Position numbers and translations under genes: made by a program
Shown here: positions 1 to 9,784 of the stretch, one piece after another
How the letters are laid out: every line of letters begins with the position of its first letter
Numbering within the stretch: the first letter of the stretch is position 1
The notes under the pieces: model-generated
What the model was told of the DNA's origin: nothing
The model's database searches: none
Seen by the model: the letters and a program-made list of their open reading frames with translations, nothing else
Assembly (NCBI RefSeq): GCF_018977255.1
Contig: NW_024704743.1
Span: 11,410,001-11,474,000, forward strand
DNA length: 64,000 bases
Direction: 5' to 3'
DNA from: Callorhinchus milii
Taxonomy: Eukaryota

Positions 1-285
1 TTCTGTGAAACATTTTGAGACGTCTCAACGACGCGTTAAGGTGCTACATCAATTACAAGGCTTACTATTATTCTTTGATGCACACCTCTGTTTTAAATAG
101 GAGTGCATTCGATGTCACGCTTGCCAATTTCAATCACTGCTCCGGAACATTTACCCCCTCTAGGGTTGTCGGTTGTGCAGTTCCTGAGCCTGGTTGCTCT
201 GCAGGACTCCACAGCACTGCTGATGACACTATTCGAAAAGAGCAGGGAGTTTCTCCTGTTACCCTTCAGAATGATACAGATTTTT

Positions 286-858
286 TTGGTTAGCTGGAAA
301 TACGGAAACCCATCAGCATGTTTAAGAGTATCCAAATCAAATGAGAATTCCATGTATCCCACCTACACATGGAAATCCCAGAGATAGATTGTTGGAATGG
401 AATGCACACTTTCCTTGGAGGGGCACATCCTGTTTACCTAATTCTGGATAGTATTAATTGCATGTTGGCAAGAACCAAGGCTTTAGATGGTTAGATTACA
501 GCAGTTACCCCAACACACACTCCCCAGTGTGCTGTAATCTAACCATCTAAAGCCACATAGTTTGCTATTGAGAGTACTGCCTGGCAAGCTTTCCCGCAGA
601 TGGGACCACCTTACCGTTAGGGCTTTGGCTTGCAGAGTTAATGGAAACTGAGCGGGATAATCCCTGAACCCAGTGACTGATCTGCCCTTCCAAGTCCTGC
701 CAATGAGCCAGGCTGGGCTGTGCTGTCCTCAGCAGTGCCCTGGAATACTGTGGACCCACCTGGTTCAGGAACTGGATGACCAAGACTGCTACAGAGGGCT
801 GGCTCGATTCTGACATTCTGTTGACAAACATGTCACCTTGGTGCCCGTTCAGTTCCAC
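286..858 (-). mobile_element. Unclassified ~570-nt A-tailed interspersed repeat (near full-length copy)
   Basis: Homologous to 54310-54846, 16985-17550 and others; T-run at the plus-strand left end; no tRNA boxes recognised. Confidence 0.75.
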
Positions 859-989
859 CTCTCCTAATCGCCTGCCCCATGTCCCTCTGTTCCCTTCTCA
901 CTCATATAAAGTGGGAAACCCAACTTCTCTCCCCCCCGAGGAGTATAGTCGCTAGCTTGGTAATTAGGCTTTGTGTCATCTGGGGTCAG

Positions 990-1350
990 TGTGTGTCAGC
1001 CTGTGTCAATTGGTAGCACTCCTGCCTCTAAGTCAGAAGGTTGTGGGTTCAAGGTTTTGACTTGAACTCACATAGTCTAAGCTGACACTCCAATGTCTAA
1101 GCTGACACTCCAATGTCATCGCACGGATTGCCAAAATTGTATTGCCAAAAATCCCTCGGATGAGATGTTAAACCAAGGTCTCATCTTCCTTTTCAGGTAG
1201 ATGTTAAACATCCCACAGCACCACTTAAAAAGAAAAGGGAGTTTCTCCCAATGTCCTGGACAACAATCCCCCAAATATTTGTAAATTGTTTCATAGCCTG
1301 TTTGTGGGACCTTGCTTTGTGCAATTGGGTGCTGCGTTCGCCTACAAATA
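990..1350 (+). mobile_element. Older tRNA-derived Deu-domain SINE (GTGTCAGCC-head subfamily)
   Basis: tRNA-like head, Deu core (CCCATGGCACTATT..GGGAGTTTCTCC..GCTGTTTGTGGGAC..GCAATTGG-like). Confidence 0.75.
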
Positions 1351-1408
1351 AATGGCTTTATAAATAGAGGCATAAAATATAAAAGTCAGGAAGTTATGAT
1401 GAACCTTT

Positions 1409-1990
1409 TGTAAAGAATTCAAACTAGACAAAAGCTAAAGTCTAATTCTATTTAATACAAAAAGCTCATAAGTCAGTTTCCCTGCTGGGCAACCTGAGTA
1501 ACAGCAATAGTAAAAGACGCGTAATGAAACAATACTACCAGATGACTGGAGGACTTCCCTTCTATGGTCGGCACGTTCACAGCTATTAACCCACGAACAA
1601 AGACAAGTCCAAAGTTCCAGTCTCACACTTATTTATAATTAAGTGTCCCATTGTCCTCCATATAAGGTTCTTCTTCATGCAGGACACAACCGCTTCCGGT
1701 TTCCCACTCATCCTTCTGCTTTGCACTCCGCACTGCGACCTTCGTTCTGTTGTTCAGACTCGGCTGCCCGCATATCTTCCCACTCTTGTGTAGCCAAGGT
1801 CTCTGAATACCACATTCCTTCTCCATAATCAGCATCCAGTACCCTCCTTATTATTCGTCAATCAACAAACTTACTCATAAGAGTGAGAACAGCTTTTACA
1901 ATTAACATCTTACATCTGCTTTGATTGTATTTACTCATGGGACTGCTTTAACTACTATGGGATTATACAGCATATATTTTAAACATAACA
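1409..1990 (-). repeat. 3' LTR of the retrovirus-like element
   Basis: Direct repeat of 8007-8588; TGTAAAG...CATAACA on the plus strand; adjacent to the PPT. Confidence 0.97.
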
Positions 1991-2096
1991 GTCCCCACCT
2001 TGATACCGAATTAACATGAGGTATCACAAATGAATAATAAAAAAACAAAAAGAAATAACATAACTTCTTAACACATGTATTAATCTTGAGAGCCAT
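1935..2096 (-). pseudogene. Vestigial env-position ORF (ATG + hydrophobic stretch running into PPT/LTR)
   Basis: TAATG stop-start overlap with IN; upstream splice-acceptor-like TGTGTCTTTCAG|G (2116-2128); MALKINTCVKKLCYFFLFFYYSFVI. Confidence 0.4.
1991..2002 (-). promoter_or_regulatory. Polypurine tract
   Basis: Minus strand CAAGGTGGGGAC immediately precedes the 3' LTR. Confidence 0.75.
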
Positions 2097-3355
2097 TATT
2101 GCGGATGATTCGTAACCTGAAAGACACAAGTGTAATATATGTTATTAATCAGGTTAGTTTCAGCGGGATTAGCTTTCCCTTTGCAATCCTTCATTTGATT
2201 AATGTAGACCCATTTAGCCTGTTTTGGGTTCAGGGGCATATGTACCAAATAAACAGCAGGGCTAGCTTTTTCCACAATTTCAAAAGGTCCTTTCCATTTG
2301 GCATCGAAAGGGGATTTAGATTTGCCATAAATCCGAACCATAACCTTGTCACCAATGGCCTTTTCTGTCAATGGAATAGCATTATCGTAGGCCTTCTTCA
2401 TGACCTGTTTAGCCCGCCCCGTATTTTGTGCCACAAATTGATTGGTTTGTTGGACCATTCTCAGAGTGTTCCGCATCCAATTTACCTCAGCAGTTCCCTG
2501 GAGTTTGATGTTACCTGTAACCTGTGTCAGAGCTTCTTGTGTCATAATCATAGTGCACCTAGGTAACCGCATTAGTCTACCGGTCATCACCTGATAAGGT
2601 GATATCCCAGTAGTCGTATGCGGAGTGGACCGGATTGCCATTAAACACATTGGCAATGCCATGACCCATTGCGAGGGGTGATCTGCACAAAACGTTTTTA
2701 ACAGTGTGTTTAAGGTTCGATTGCTGCGCTCCACCACTCCTGAAGACTGAGGGTGGTATGGAATGTGTAATTTATGCTGGATTTCCAATAGCGTCATGAA
2801 TTTGACAAAAACATCCCCCATGAAATGGGTTCCCTGATCACTATCAAGTGTTAACGGTATTCCCCACCTGCAGATCACCTCTCGCAACAACACCCGAGCC
2901 GCGGAGAGAGCAGTACAATTTTTGGTAGGGAAAGCTTCAATCCATTTAGTGAATTTATCGATAATGACCAGGCAATATGTATATCCGCCTTGAGCAGAAG
3001 GAAGAAGACCGATGAAGTCAATCTGGACATGACTCCGCGGCCCAGAAGGCGGGGGGGCAGACTGCAATGCTGCCCGCTTAGAAAGTGGATGAGGGTTGTG
3101 TTGAAGGCATACAATGCAATTGTTGCAAAGTGCAATTAGATCAGGACCCATTCGGGGCCACCAGACGTCCTCTGCAACTTTTGCAATTGTCTTTGAGGGA
3201 GAGAAATGTCCTCCTGTAGGGTGAGAGTGATATAAAGTGAACATGGCTTCAGCACACGATGGGGACACACACACCACCATCTTATGGTGAGTGGTGTACA
3301 TGAGGATGGGATTTAAGGGTTGAGTGTAAGGGGTGTAGAGAATCATATGCCGCAT
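2096..3355 (-). pseudogene. pol: Integrase (HHCC, DDE core, GPY/F C-terminal module); frame open but upstream pol broken
   Basis: HSHPTGGH..CIVC; QIDFIG; DSDQGTHF; YHPQSSGVVERSN; KWKGPFEI. Confidence 0.95.
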
Positions 3356-3529
3356 AACACATAAGGAGGCTCAACCAAAAACCCATTCTTTTCATTTTCT
3401 ATGAACCAGGAGCGAGCCTCTTGATATGGGGAGTAGGAATCCTGCATATTGTAGAGGTCGGACAGAGAGGGGTGACAATGAGTGGCGGCAACGTGTTCAT
3501 GGGGCACACTTGGTAAGGGGCCAGGCCAA

Positions 3530-3945
3530 AGGACAGCAGTTTGTGCACCCTTTTTAGCCTCGGAGTCTGCGTGGGCATTTCCAGCAGCATGAATTCCAGT
3601 GCGAGCATGACCTGGAATCTTCCCCACATAAATTGGGGCAGAGCGGTGTTGCAACAATTCAGCCAATGCCTTTAGCAAACCAGCATGAGTGAGAGTTTTA
3701 CCGGTAGCCATACAGAATTTCCGAGCAGAGTATAAGGGTAGCAGGAGGACGGTGTTAACCACATAAGCACTATTGGACCAAATATTAACTGGCATGGACA
3801 TAGAAGACTGAACCGCTTGAATCAAAGCTACTATCTCCGCATACTGAGCCGAGAATTGAGGAGGGTGTGACCACGGCAAAACCAGTGAACACTTTCCCTT
3901 CGACATGATATGAAGAGCCGTCAATGTACACATCATCGGCAACAC
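3530..3945 (-). pseudogene. pol: Second, retroviral/cellular RNase HI-type domain (frameshifted)
   Basis: VYIDGSS..GFAVV (ORF 3785..4192), then SAQYAEIVAL..NIWSNSAYVV..KIPGH..GNAHADSEAK (ORF 3343..3945). Confidence 0.9.
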
Positions 3946-4049
3946 AAGTTTCGGTAGACTCCAAAGGGAGTTTGTTTACACCGGACTCAGAGAAGTTAAT
4001 ACACGGCAATGGACACATGTGAGGGACACCAGAGTATAACAACATTTGG

Positions 4050-4529
4050 GGAATTAAAGTGGTAGGACCCGTAACAACAGATATATCGCGATCAACGAGA
4101 GTTAATGCCCACTTTGTAAGACGTTGCGAAGATACAAGAGTGTTACCCGGGTGCAAAAGCAATTTAACCGGTGTGTGAGGAGTGGAGAACAATCTTTTGT
4201 AACCTGGTGATATACTGGAACGCGGTAACGGCCCAACACACGGCTAGTAAGTGATGCTCGCATGCGTCAAATTGTTCTTCGACCCCAGTAAGTATATGAG
4301 AAATGTACGCAATGGGCATATATTTACCATCTCGAAGTTGGGTTAAAACGGCGGCGATGGAAGACTGGCCACCTGCTACCTCTAAATGGAAAGGGGAGTG
4401 AGGATCGGAGTACTGCAGAGATGTGGCTTGTATAACGGCTTGTTTTAAATAGGAGATGGCAGAGGTGTGTGACTCATCCCAAAGCTGTGTTAAATCATCG
4501 TTAACGTCTGATTTAAGCAGGCCGTACAA
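4050..4529 (-). pseudogene. pol: Degenerate first RNase H (tether/connection domain)
   Basis: Ty3/gypsy-type RNase H fold (PFHLEV..AAVLTQ..PIAYISHIL..CEHHLLAVCWAV..LHSSHTPV..QRLTKWAL) with the catalytic TDAS replaced by EVAG. Confidence 0.8.
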
Positions 4530-5700
4530 TGGTTTAGCGAGTTCAGCAAATTGGGGTAAAAATTGTCGCTAATACCCAACTAACCCGAGAAAAGAGCGCA
4601 GAGCAGTCTTAGTAACGGGTAGGGGCAGTTGCTGTATGGTGGAAATCTTGTGTTCATCGGGAGAGATTCCCGTAGCTTTGAGTTTGATACCGAGGAAGGG
4701 AACAGAGGGAACACATAACCTGGCCTTTGTCAGATTTAATTTTAAACCAGCCTGACTAAGACGTTGTAAAACAGAGCGTAGAGCAGTTTGGTGTGCACTT
4801 TCAGTAACAGTGGCAATGAGGATATCATCAACATATTGCAACACTGCAGTACCAGGAGGCCACACAATACCCTCCAAAACACGCACCATCCGTTTCTGGA
4901 AAATAGTGGGAGAGTTATGGAATTCCCTGTGGTAAAACAGTCCAAGTGGAGTCCTGCAGCTCAGTGGTTAGAGCACTCGCTTTGCAAGCGAGAGACCTGA
5001 GTTCAATTCCAGGCAGGGCGAAACCTTGGGCAAGTTTCCTTACTCCACACAGAGCCTAATAATAATCCCTCCAAAACAAAACAATAATAAATTGGTCATT
5101 TTCAATCTATGACTGTTTGTGGGACATTGCTGTGCACAATTGGCTGCCGCGTTCGCCCACAAATATACAGTCAATTCACTTTACAGTGTGTTCTGTGAAG
5201 CACTTTGGGACGTCCTCCCGAAGTGCAAAGAGCTATATCAAATGCAAGAATTATTATTATTATTATAAGTATATTGATGACCATTAAAGGTAAATGCAAA
5301 CTTGTACTGATCATTGTGCTTAACAGGAATACTCCAAAACCCATTTGAAATATCAAGAGTGGAAAAATATTTCACATGTTGGGGCACATCTTTCAGGAGT
5401 TGATTTAAATCGCTGACAACGGGGGCACAGACAGGGGTGACTTTATTAAGTTGCCGATAGTCAATGGTAAGACGCCAGGACTGATCAGGCTTCCTAACTG
5501 GCCAAACAGGGGAGTTGGTGGTGAAAGAACCTTCTCTCAGAACACCCTGTTGTATTAGACTGTCAATAGTGGATTGAACTGCGGGAATACTCTCCTTAGG
5601 AAGGGGGTATTGTTTACAGGGAGAATGAGTGGGGCCATTAACCTCCTCTTCGTCAATCAAACGACCACAATCATGTTTGTGGGTGGCCACTGTCATGGGA
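4530..5700 (-). pseudogene. pol: Reverse transcriptase domain of pol, split by a SINE and a 1-nt frameshift
   Basis: KQYPL..NSPVWPVRKPDQSWRLTIDYRQLN..LDISNGFWSIP..FAFTF..QYT|WTVLPQG(F)HNSPTIF..LQYVDDILIA..FLG..FLGLVGY. Confidence 0.95.
4948..5266 (+). mobile_element. Young tRNA-derived Deu-domain SINE inserted antisense into RT
   Basis: GGAGTCC start, A box TAGCTCAGTGG-like, B box GTTCAATTC, Deu core GCTGTGCGCAATTGGCTGCC-like, (ATT)n tail, AAGT TSD (4944-4947 / 5267-5270). Confidence 0.95.
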
Positions 5701-5829
5701 AACTTGTCAAGCAATTGGCGAACCCACAGCAACGGAGTTTTAATGGGGGCGTAGCGATTAGGTTGCTTAATAGCCCATACAGCATGCCTATCCAAAACCG
5801 TAACACATTCATTGCCGCCTTTGTCATCA

Positions 5830-6160
5830 GACAACCAAACACATCGGTTAGTATAATCAACAGTAGCACCCTGGGGAACTAGCTCGTCACCCCAGAGAAT
5901 TCCTGATTCGGTTAAATCCGTGACTGCAATAGGTCGTGACAACGTGATATGATGCCCGGACACAAGAACAGACAATGGTCATAAAACCTGACCGTACAGT
6001 ACCTTACCTGAAACCCCATTGAAGTCAATCTCTTTGTCAGTAGAAGGGGGAAATTGATTAGTATTATTAAATCAAATAAAGGTAGCAGTAGACCCAGAGT
6101 CCACCAACATTTTGTGTGTGACTCCGTCCACCGAAATTTTAATGAAAGGCCAGGGTCCCG
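5830..6160 (-). pseudogene. pol: Aspartic protease domain of pol (stop and frameshift)
   Basis: Manual translation GPWPFIKISVDGVTHKMLVDSGSTATFI* (DSG active site near 6100); GILWGDEL-type C-terminal motif in ORF 5238..5975. Confidence 0.85.
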
Positions 6161-6219
6161 GGGTTATAAAACGGGACACAAAACCGGTTAAGATCCTTCG
6201 GCGGCGGAGTCGCACACCT

Positions 6220-7863
6220 TCATTGCGCCCCGGAAGGGGGCGCGGAGGGTGTTACGGCAGCCACTTGCTGCTGTTTCTCCTGCTGTTGTTTTAAAAGCGC
6301 CTCCCCAAGTCTAGCCAGCAGGCCAGACTCAAAAGTCTCCTTCTATTTCTCGAGTTCCTCGGTGGGGTGGCCAGCGGCATCCTTCCTAAAACCCTTATAT
6401 GGACTATCCTTTCTGCTCCCCCTTTCGGGACAATCTGGTGACCAATGCCCCCTCCTACCGCACGTGAAACAAGTGCCACTTTTAGTACGAATTGGGGCCT
6501 GATTCTGCTTTGCGCTGGGTCGGACTCCTTCAACAGCAAGGTACTCATGTTCCTGTACTGCTGAACAGTCGTCTGGCTCCATCTTAACAGTTTTTTGGAT
6601 GGCCCCATGGCAACGGACAGCAATTCCCATTAGTTGGTCCCAGAGGGTATTAGGGTCTATGCCTACTCCGATAGCCACAGCAGTCTTTTTGTTCAGTCGA
6701 CCCAACCAATATTTTTTATATCTGTTTGATGCCTGACACTGTCCCCGATCCATCACTTGTTCCTGGCTTGCAGCATACAGGGGCCATAATCTCGAATGAA
6801 AAGTCTGAGGTCCCTCCTGAGTGGTTTGCCGACACTGGGTCAAATCCTCAGTAGCGTCTGTATGCCTGCGCAGAACTTCTGTGACGGCTATTTCCAACGG
6901 CCCTAACCGTCCACCTAACACAGCCGGATCAAGGGACCCCCTCAAATCCATATCCATCATGGCTTTTAGCACCTGGATTTTGTCATTATCCGTAAGGTGA
7001 GGATTGTCATCCTTCCAAATCCCCCACCTATGGGTCCATGTTAGCCAGGAATAGCCACGGGTGAGCTTTGGATCTAGCTGAGCGCAGTGGGCATTTACGT
7101 CTACAGGGGTAAGGGCTGAAGTAATGTTATCAGTTCCACCGAAATTCCCTCCAGCAGTTAATTTCCGCGTGGTTATTATCGGGCATACTTTCTCAGTCTC
7201 ATCGTTTAAATCTCCCCACTCGGGACCCTCACTAATGATGCCGCAAATGGCAGATACCAATTGACGAGAGCGTTTTTTTTCGAATGGTTTCCTGGCCGCT
7301 AGCCTTGCGGAATTTATCTAACTCCACCTGCTCCCTTCTACATATCTCTTGAATGCGCAAGGCACCCCTCAAGTCCTGGTTCTCCTGCATGACCATACTC
7401 AATTCCTCTCTGAGGCAAATGTTTTCTTCTGCCAGGTCTCCTGTTTCACCCTTATATTTGTTAAGTTTATGGTGTTGGTGAGGTGATTGATCTGATCCCT
7501 CAATACACCATTATGTTGCTCTTTTAACTTCAATTCCTCCTGGGCTTTGAATAGGTCTTGTTTGTAATCATTACACTGAATCTGCGCAGCTTGAAGTTTA
7601 GTTTCCTGAGTAGTGCAATTTTGTTGTGCCTGTTGGCAACTCCGCATCATCCAATATTTCAAAAGTATCTTTTTACCCTTCTTTCCTAACCTCCTCAGCC
7701 TTCCCAATTCCTCAGCCGCTAAACACAATTGTTCAAATCCCCCTGCAGATCAATGGACCACATCCTCGGATATATCATTGTTGCTAGCGCCAAGTTTCAA
7801 TTTCTTAACACGCTTTACTAATTCCTTCTCCATCTGGAGAGTCCACTCCAGAGGACCGTCCAT
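6220..7863 (-). pseudogene. gag: gag (N-terminal coiled coil, capsid-like region, CCHC zinc knuckle, C-terminal PSAP); disrupted by stops and frameshifts
   Basis: ORFs 7399..7728 (heptad-rich) and 6343..7260 (CFTCGRRGHWSPDC). Reading through the TAG at 6343 continues in frame to ...AVTPSAPPSGAQ* (TGA 6220-6222). Start position approximate. Confidence 0.85.
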
Positions 7864-7985
7864 AGCACCAAACTGTGATGCTAACCCCTTTCTGAATCAC
7901 CCACTCGAAAGCTGGGGACCATACTTGAGTATAGACTTATTCAACTTATGTCAGAGACGGGACAACCTACGGGGTTATACTGACT

Positions 7986-8003
7986 ATCCTGCCGACTACG
8001 CCA
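7986..8003 (-). promoter_or_regulatory. Primer binding site complementary to the tRNA-Ser 3' end
   Basis: Minus strand TGGCGTAGTCGGCAGGAT is the reverse complement of the vertebrate tRNA-Ser end ...ATCCTGCCGACTACGCCA; lies 3 nt inside the 5' LTR boundary. Confidence 0.92.
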
Positions 8004-8006
8004 AAT

Positions 8007-8588
8007 TGTAAAGAATTCAAACTAGACAAAAGCTAAAGTCTAATTCTATTTAATACAAAAAGTTCATAAGTCAGTTTCCCTGCTGGGCAACCCGAGTAAC
8101 AGCAATAGTAAAAGACGCGTAATGAAACAATACTACCAGATGACTGGAGGACTTCCCTTCTATGGTCGGCACGTTCACAGCTATTAACCCACGAACAAAG
8201 ACAAGTCCAAAGTTCCAGTCTCACACTTATTTATAATTAAGTGTCCCATTGTCCTCCATATAAGGTTCTTCTTCATGCAGGACACAACCGCTTCCGGTTT
8301 CCCACTCATCCTTCTGCTTTGCACTCCGCACTGCGACCTTCGTTCTGTTGTTCAGACTCGGCTGCCCGCATATCTTCCCACTCTTGTGTAGCCAAGGTCT
8401 CTGAATACCACATTCCTTCTCCATAATCAGCATCCAGTACCCTCCTTATTATTCGTCAATCAACAAACTTACTCATAAGAGTGAGAACAGCTTTTACAAT
8501 TAACATCTTACATCTGCTTTGATTGTATTTACTCATGGGACTGCTTTAACTACTATGGGATCATACAGCATATATTTTAAACATAACA
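8007..8588 (-). repeat. 5' LTR of the retrovirus-like element
   Basis: Direct repeat of 1409-1990 with 3 substitutions by eye; followed on the minus strand by ATT + PBS. Confidence 0.97.
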
Positions 8589-8885
8589 CTTTATAAAACA
8601 CTGGTTAGGCCTCAGCTAGAGTACTGTTTTCAGTTCTGGGCACCACATTTTAGTAAGGATGTCAAGGCATTGGAAAGGGTGCAAAGGAGATTTACCAGGA
8701 TGGTACCAGGAATGAAGGACTTCAGTTATCAGGAGAGGCCAGAGAAGCTGGGATTATTCTCCTTGGAGCAGAGGTTAAGAGGAGCCTTAATAGAAGTTTT
8801 CAAAATTATGAGGGGATTCGATAGGGTGAACAGCGAGAAACTATTTCCACTGGCGGGTTGGTAACCCAAGGACACAGGTTGGTAA
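8589..8885 (+). mobile_element. CR1 LINE ORF2 3' fragment (continues 1350-1408; target of the LTR element)
   Basis: ERVQRRFTRMVPGMK..LGLFSLEQ..EVFKIMRGFDRV; same family as 36362-36970. Confidence 0.9.
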
Positions 8886-9784
8886 TCCCGTGAAGCGCTT
8901 TGGGACATCTACTCGACATGAACAGCGCTGTACCAAGTGCAAGGATTATTAGTGGTAAGCAATCCTTTGAGATCATTGATCCGTTCACCTCTTGTTGGTT
9001 TGGGGAATTTTGCTGTGATAATAATTGTAAAGTAATATTTACAATAATAATTGTAAAGTGAGATAGTTCAACATATAGGGAATTTTAAAAATGCAAACTG
9101 CTTTTCTTCCTATTTAACAAAGCAACTATAAAGCTAAACCACAGATACTGTAATGACACTGCAATTAAAGCATTAATGTCCTTCCCTCTCTCTTCTCTCT
9201 CTCCTTCTCTTTCACTCAGTTAGAATTACACAGAATTACAAATGGCCTGTTAAGACATGGAAACCAAAGATTTGGCCCAACTAGTCTGTGTACAAGCATG
9301 GCTCATAACATAACATGTAGGAGCAGGAGTAGGCCATTCAGCCCTTCGAGCCTGCCCCGCCATTCAATCATGGCTGATCTTTTAATCTAATTCCAGCTAA
9401 TAACCTAACCCTGCCTTATCCCCATATCCCTTAATCCCTTTTGCAATACGAAATCTATTTATCTCAGTCTTGAATATGTCTTGAATATGTTCAAGGCTCA
9501 ATTGGTAGCACTTTCACCTTTGCGTCAGAAAGTTGGTACTGTGTTGTCCAACATGACGTTTCTCAGGTGAGACATTAGACCGAGGTTTAATATTTGGACT
9601 TTAAAGATCCTGTGGCACTATCTCCCCCAGTGTCCTGGTTAACAATCTCTCAGATAAAATTGGTCACTCACTGCAACACTGATTTTGGGTAAACTGACTG
9701 CCATGTTCGCCTACAAACCTACAATGTCTACACTTCACAGCAAGATCTTGTGAAGTGCTTTGAGATGTCTCAATAACATGATAA

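Larger units (their letters stand above)
1409..8588 (-). mobile_element. Full-length retrovirus-like LTR element (lokiretrovirus/Odin-like, dual RNase H, env absent), coding regions decayed
   Basis: Two 582-bp TG...CA LTRs; CTTT target-site duplication (1405-1408 and 8589-8592); tRNA-Ser PBS; PPT; gag-PR-RT-tether-RH-IN order on the minus strand; flanks rejoin as one CR1 ORF2 fragment (...ATGAACCTTT|ATAAAACACTGG...). Confidence 0.95.

Noticed and set aside
856..910. ~55-bp sequence repeated at ~12499-12553
   Set aside because: Resembles a CR1-type 3' UTR fragment; insufficient evidence for a segmental duplication or element boundary
1435..1835. Identical small ORFs duplicated at 8033-8433
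   Set aside because: A consequence of LTR duplication; no protein features, so not called as accessory genes
4948..5030. tRNA-like sequences with A/B boxes (here and in many other places)
   Set aside because: They are SINE heads continuous with the Deu core and LINE tail, not standalone tRNA genes
6288..6297. TTTAAAA slippery heptamer as a gag-pol -1 frameshift site
   Set aside because: PR is not in the -1 frame relative to gag here, no stimulatory structure lies at the usual spacing, and decay obscures the original frame
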